Assembly: GCF_000150275.1 (NCBI RefSeq)
Contig: NW_002060944.1
Span: forward strand, 8,766,159 to 8,830,158
Direction: 5' to 3'
Length of the DNA: 64,000 nt
DNA from: Trichoplax adhaerens
Taxonomy: Eukaryota > Animalia > Placozoa
The first letter of the stretch is position 1. The number at the start of each line of letters is the position of its first letter. Below are positions 60,601-64,000 of the stretch, piece by piece. The position numbers were made by a program, and so were the translations under genes. The notes beneath the pieces are model-generated. The model had not been told where the DNA came from, did no database searches, and worked only from the letters and a program-made list of their open reading frames with translations.

Positions 60601-63600
60601 TGTAATGATTTATATTGTACTATTGTACAATTTAATGGCTGCATCTGCATGAAGAGAAAGTCTCGATTTTAGGTTTACCATAGTATTATGCTATGATTGT
60701 GACAGGTACTGATCGTGACGACCGTGAAGAAATTTACCTGCATTGGAGAGTATTAGTATTGGCAATAGTACTACAAATCCCATTATTATTGCAAAATCCT
60801 GTTGAACACACCATTCCTATTTAAAATAAGATTGAATAAATATACCAAGTAATAAGTATTTGCATCAGCTCATGTGCGTATTGTGCATTTACAAATTAAA
60901 TTTCTGATTCAACTTACTAATAGTCATCGTTAAACTTTGAATTGTTGCTCCGTTATAATTACCAACGCACTTATAGCCCCCAGTATTATCCAGCATTAAG
61001 CTACTAATGACCAGAATAGATTGAGCAAGTGTAGAATTCGATAGCGATGTCGAATAGGTAATTACGACATTGCCACCGCTACTAATTGGCGCACCATTTT
61101 TAGTCCATGTAAGGGCTGACGTAGGTCGTGATACTGCACTGCATTTTAACGCAACATACACGCCTTGAACGTACGTCGAGGTATTGCTTTGGATATTCAC
61201 TGTACTCAATGGAATATCTTTTTTTTCAAAAATTAGGACAGGATAGTGCAAATTTATGTTAGATAATTTAATTTATTTATACATAGCGTAAGATACATTA
61301 TGCATCTATGAAGAAATTAAACTATCATTGCAGAATTTATTCAATAAGTTTAATAATTTATTTTTTCTTACCGTTTAAACTAGAATTCTACGAACTATAA
61401 TTAAGATAATGTTCTATCATGCAGAGAAATAAACAACTTACCTGATAGCTTCGTCTCACAGTTAGATCCAGTATAGTGCAAATTGCAGCTACATTATATT
61501 GGTTGGAAAGTAAAAAAATGAATCAATTGCAATAATTAAACGATTCTGCCAAGAACTTCATCACTAAAGAAATGCTAGTGACATATTCAGCATATCCTAA
61601 CTTAGCCTTAGTGGAAAATACTGTTGCGACTTAATCTTAGAAGAAAATGATAAGGCTCGTGACAAAGGAAGTTTAGTCAGAAGTAAAATACGGCGATAAA
61701 ATATGCATAGTATTTCTAGCTCTTATCTATTTTCATTGTGGACTCAAAATCCAAACGAATAATTTAAGGAGTTTAACAATAAAAATTTTAGAACATTATA
61801 CCAAGATTATCTGATTTTGTATTAGAGAAATTTTACCTGCACTGAATCAAATCACTACCAGTGACACTACTGCATATCCCATGACCTTTACAGAATCCAG
61901 TCGAGCATACCATCCCTATCAGAATTGGGATTAATAATAATTGAAATTTGAAATATTTGTATCAACTGCTCTGACAGGACAACGAACAAAAAGAATGAAA
62001 ATTTTTCGCTAATTATTAAACAAATAACTAATTTAAGAGACAGGGCATCCTTAATTAATGATTCACCAATCATGGTGTATGATAGCTAGACTATTTTTGT
62101 CTGCTATACCTCCAAAGTAGAATAATAACTTACTTATGGCGATGACAGAACTCTGTTTAGTTATGGAGCCGTCCCCATAATTTCCTACACACTTATAATC
62201 TCCGTTGTTCGCTAGGGCCAAACTCTTGAAAATTAAGATAGACTGTACGAGAGTAGGGTTGCTAGGTAGGTTAGAATTAGTAATAATAACATTGCCACCA
62301 TTCGTTATTTGAGCACCATTCTTAGTCCATGTCAGTACTGTGGAAGGGCGAGAAGTTGCTTGGCATGTCAAGCCAACCATTGCACCATAAATATAAGTTG
62401 TCGTATTGCTTTGGGCTGTGACACTATTTAGAGGGATGTCTGAAGTGAAGTAAAACAAACGTAAGTTTACCCATCGCACCTACACAGTCAAATTATCGCT
62501 GTTTTATGCATTACGGTTGTAACAATTTGATCTTTAGTAACTCTCGATCATAACATCATATTTCCAAATTTACTTAGAAAATAATATAGAGATCTATTAA
62601 ATTAGCTTCGTAGGTAGCAATACTTACCAGGTAGCCTAGTTTCGCACTGAAGCCCCGTATAGTATAAGTTGCAACTATTTATAAGAAATATTAAAATAAG
62701 TTATTATAATAGCTGATTGTCTATCAACAACGTTAGAAAATGACTCACTCAATTCTTTAAGTGTCTGTAAAGAACAAACGCTGAATTTATTCGGCATAAA
62801 CATTAACCGATTTACCTGCATAGGAGTGCATTGTTTTCATTATTTGCAGGACTACATATTCCGTTATTATTACAGTATTCTGGAGAACAAGTCATTTCTA
62901 TTTGATGCATCCACAACATTTGAAGTAGAATATTTGAGGAAAAGTGTAATGCAAATCCATGTACAGGTATAATTATAAGTTAATGAAGCTCAATGTTAGC
63001 AAGATTAATGATGCATTATTAAAAATTCTTAACAGTATAGAATATATAACTACATGTGCTGCACATTATGTAAGTATTTATTTATAACAGCATTAAAATT
63101 AATGGAAGCAACTTACTTATAGTAAATGGAAGGCTCTGCACTATTACACCATTTTGAGTGCGGTTACTAATGCACTTATAATCTCCGTTATTATTGAGTG
63201 TTAACCCATTTATGATAAGATTTGATTCCGCTAATGTAAAATTTGAAAATGGAATGGAATAAGTGATCATAATGTTTCCTCCGGCTGTGATTGGTACATC
63301 ATTTTTAGACCACGAAAGTCCCGATATAGGACGTGATTTCACTGCGCAAGACAAGATGATGTGCGCTCCAAAAACGTAGGAAGAAGTGTTGCTGATAACA
63401 ATCACATCGTTTATTGGGATGTCTAGAATGTTTTAAAAGCAGTATTTATCATGGTTAACTAGACTTCGTATACCATAATCACAGCTAACAAGATAGACCT
63501 GTTTCTGGATTGGATAACGACTTTTATAATTTAAGCTTAATTCTACAGGCGACTATGACACAAGTGCATAGGTAACATACCGGTAAGCTTGGTTTCGCAA

Positions 63601-63907
63601 TTAGCTCCTGTAAAGTATCGATCGCAACTATTAAACAGAAATAGAAGAAAGTATGTTTAGTACGGTTTTTATTGCTTAGTGAATTAATATTTCCAATTAG
63701 TGTCAATGTTGTTTAAAAATTGTGTAACCATTCATGCGTTCAGTATTGTTGGTACCAGGGTGCACGTGAAATACAGATTAATCCTACTCTATCATGTTAT
63801 TTCGAAATAAGGAAACTTTCGTATTTACCTGCATTGCAGTAAATCACCATTATTTACGTTACTACATACACCATTGCCACTACAAAATTCCGCTGAGCAT
63901 ACCATTT
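57570..63907 (-). CDS. Gene A (5' end off the right edge): (Ig-EGF)n-TM receptor with NPxY tail; 5 Ig and 6 split EGF in the window
   Basis: Canonical, phase-compatible exons 63829-63907, 63581-63627, 63117-63422, 62816-62897, 62628-62674, 62134-62439, 61837-61915, 61442-61488, 60918-61217, 60738-60816, 60283-60329, 59817-60119, 59582-59654, 59253-59299, 58860-59162, 58671-58743, 58308-58360, 58024-58108, 57812-57861, 57570-57679; no lesion seen. Confidence 0.9.
58024..58108 (-). CDS. Gene A transmembrane exon (GSYVGIAIGCVIGILILIAAFVFLKRKG)
   Basis: 85-nt phase 1-2 exon; hydrophobic helix followed by a basic cluster. Confidence 0.92.
58860..59162 (-). CDS. Gene A exon: membrane-proximal Ig-like domain
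   Basis: [18 protein letters not shown]...DNGAYSC. Confidence 0.92.
59817..60119 (-). CDS. Gene A exon: Ig-like domain
   Basis: LQCQSKARPRPTINWYHNG...DAGAYYC. Confidence 0.92.
60918..61217 (-). CDS. Gene A exon: Ig-like domain
   Basis: LKCSAVSRPTSALTWTKNG...NTGGYKC. Confidence 0.9.
62134..62439 (-). CDS. Gene A exon: Ig-like domain
   Basis: LTCQATSRPSTVLTWTKNG...NNGDYKC. Confidence 0.9.
63117..63422 (-). CDS. Gene A exon: Ig-like domain
   Basis: [18 protein letters not shown]...NNGDYKC. Confidence 0.9.
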
Positions 63908-64000
63908 CTATAAAGAGTATTATTACCGCAATAGTATTAGAAAATTTTCGTAAAACTACGTGTAAGATCAAAAAATATTAAGCTTATACGCGTATACAGT

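Noticed and set aside
57570-63907. Dscam-like mutually exclusive Ig exon array or rearranging Ig segments
   Set aside because: Ig exons alternate regularly with EGF half-exons and splice constitutively in phase; no arrays of alternatives or recombination signal sequences were seen

Overview
AT-rich, intron-rich animal genomic DNA. The composition, short GT-AG introns and domain repertoire suggest a basal metazoan such as a placozoan (Trichoplax-like); that is inference only. The ORF track shows exon fragments, so I assembled genes by hand from splice sites and reading phase. The window is a head-to-tail, minus-strand cluster of one family of type I membrane receptors. Gene A (57570 to beyond 64000) is (Ig-EGF)n-TM-tail with FGNPNY and is intact in the window. 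Gene B (46541-51434) is a 5'-truncated pseudogene copy of that stalk and tail. Gene C (20341-43375) has 54 exons and about 3,200 aa: signal peptide, 7 EGF, 13 SRCR interleaved with EGF, 5 Ig-EGF, TM and a short tail with LDNPVY. A decayed relic of another 3' end lies at about 18140-19060. Gene D (13497 to beyond base 1) is an exon-for-exon paralogue of the N-terminal two thirds of C. The combination of SRCR, EGF and Ig domains with a glycine-zipper TM and an NPxY tail matches no receptor I can name. It looks like a family of giant endocytic scavenger or pattern-recognition receptors undergoing birth-and-death evolution. The signal-peptide exons of C and D each carry one apparent lesion. I saw no RNA genes, CRISPR arrays or autonomous transposons.
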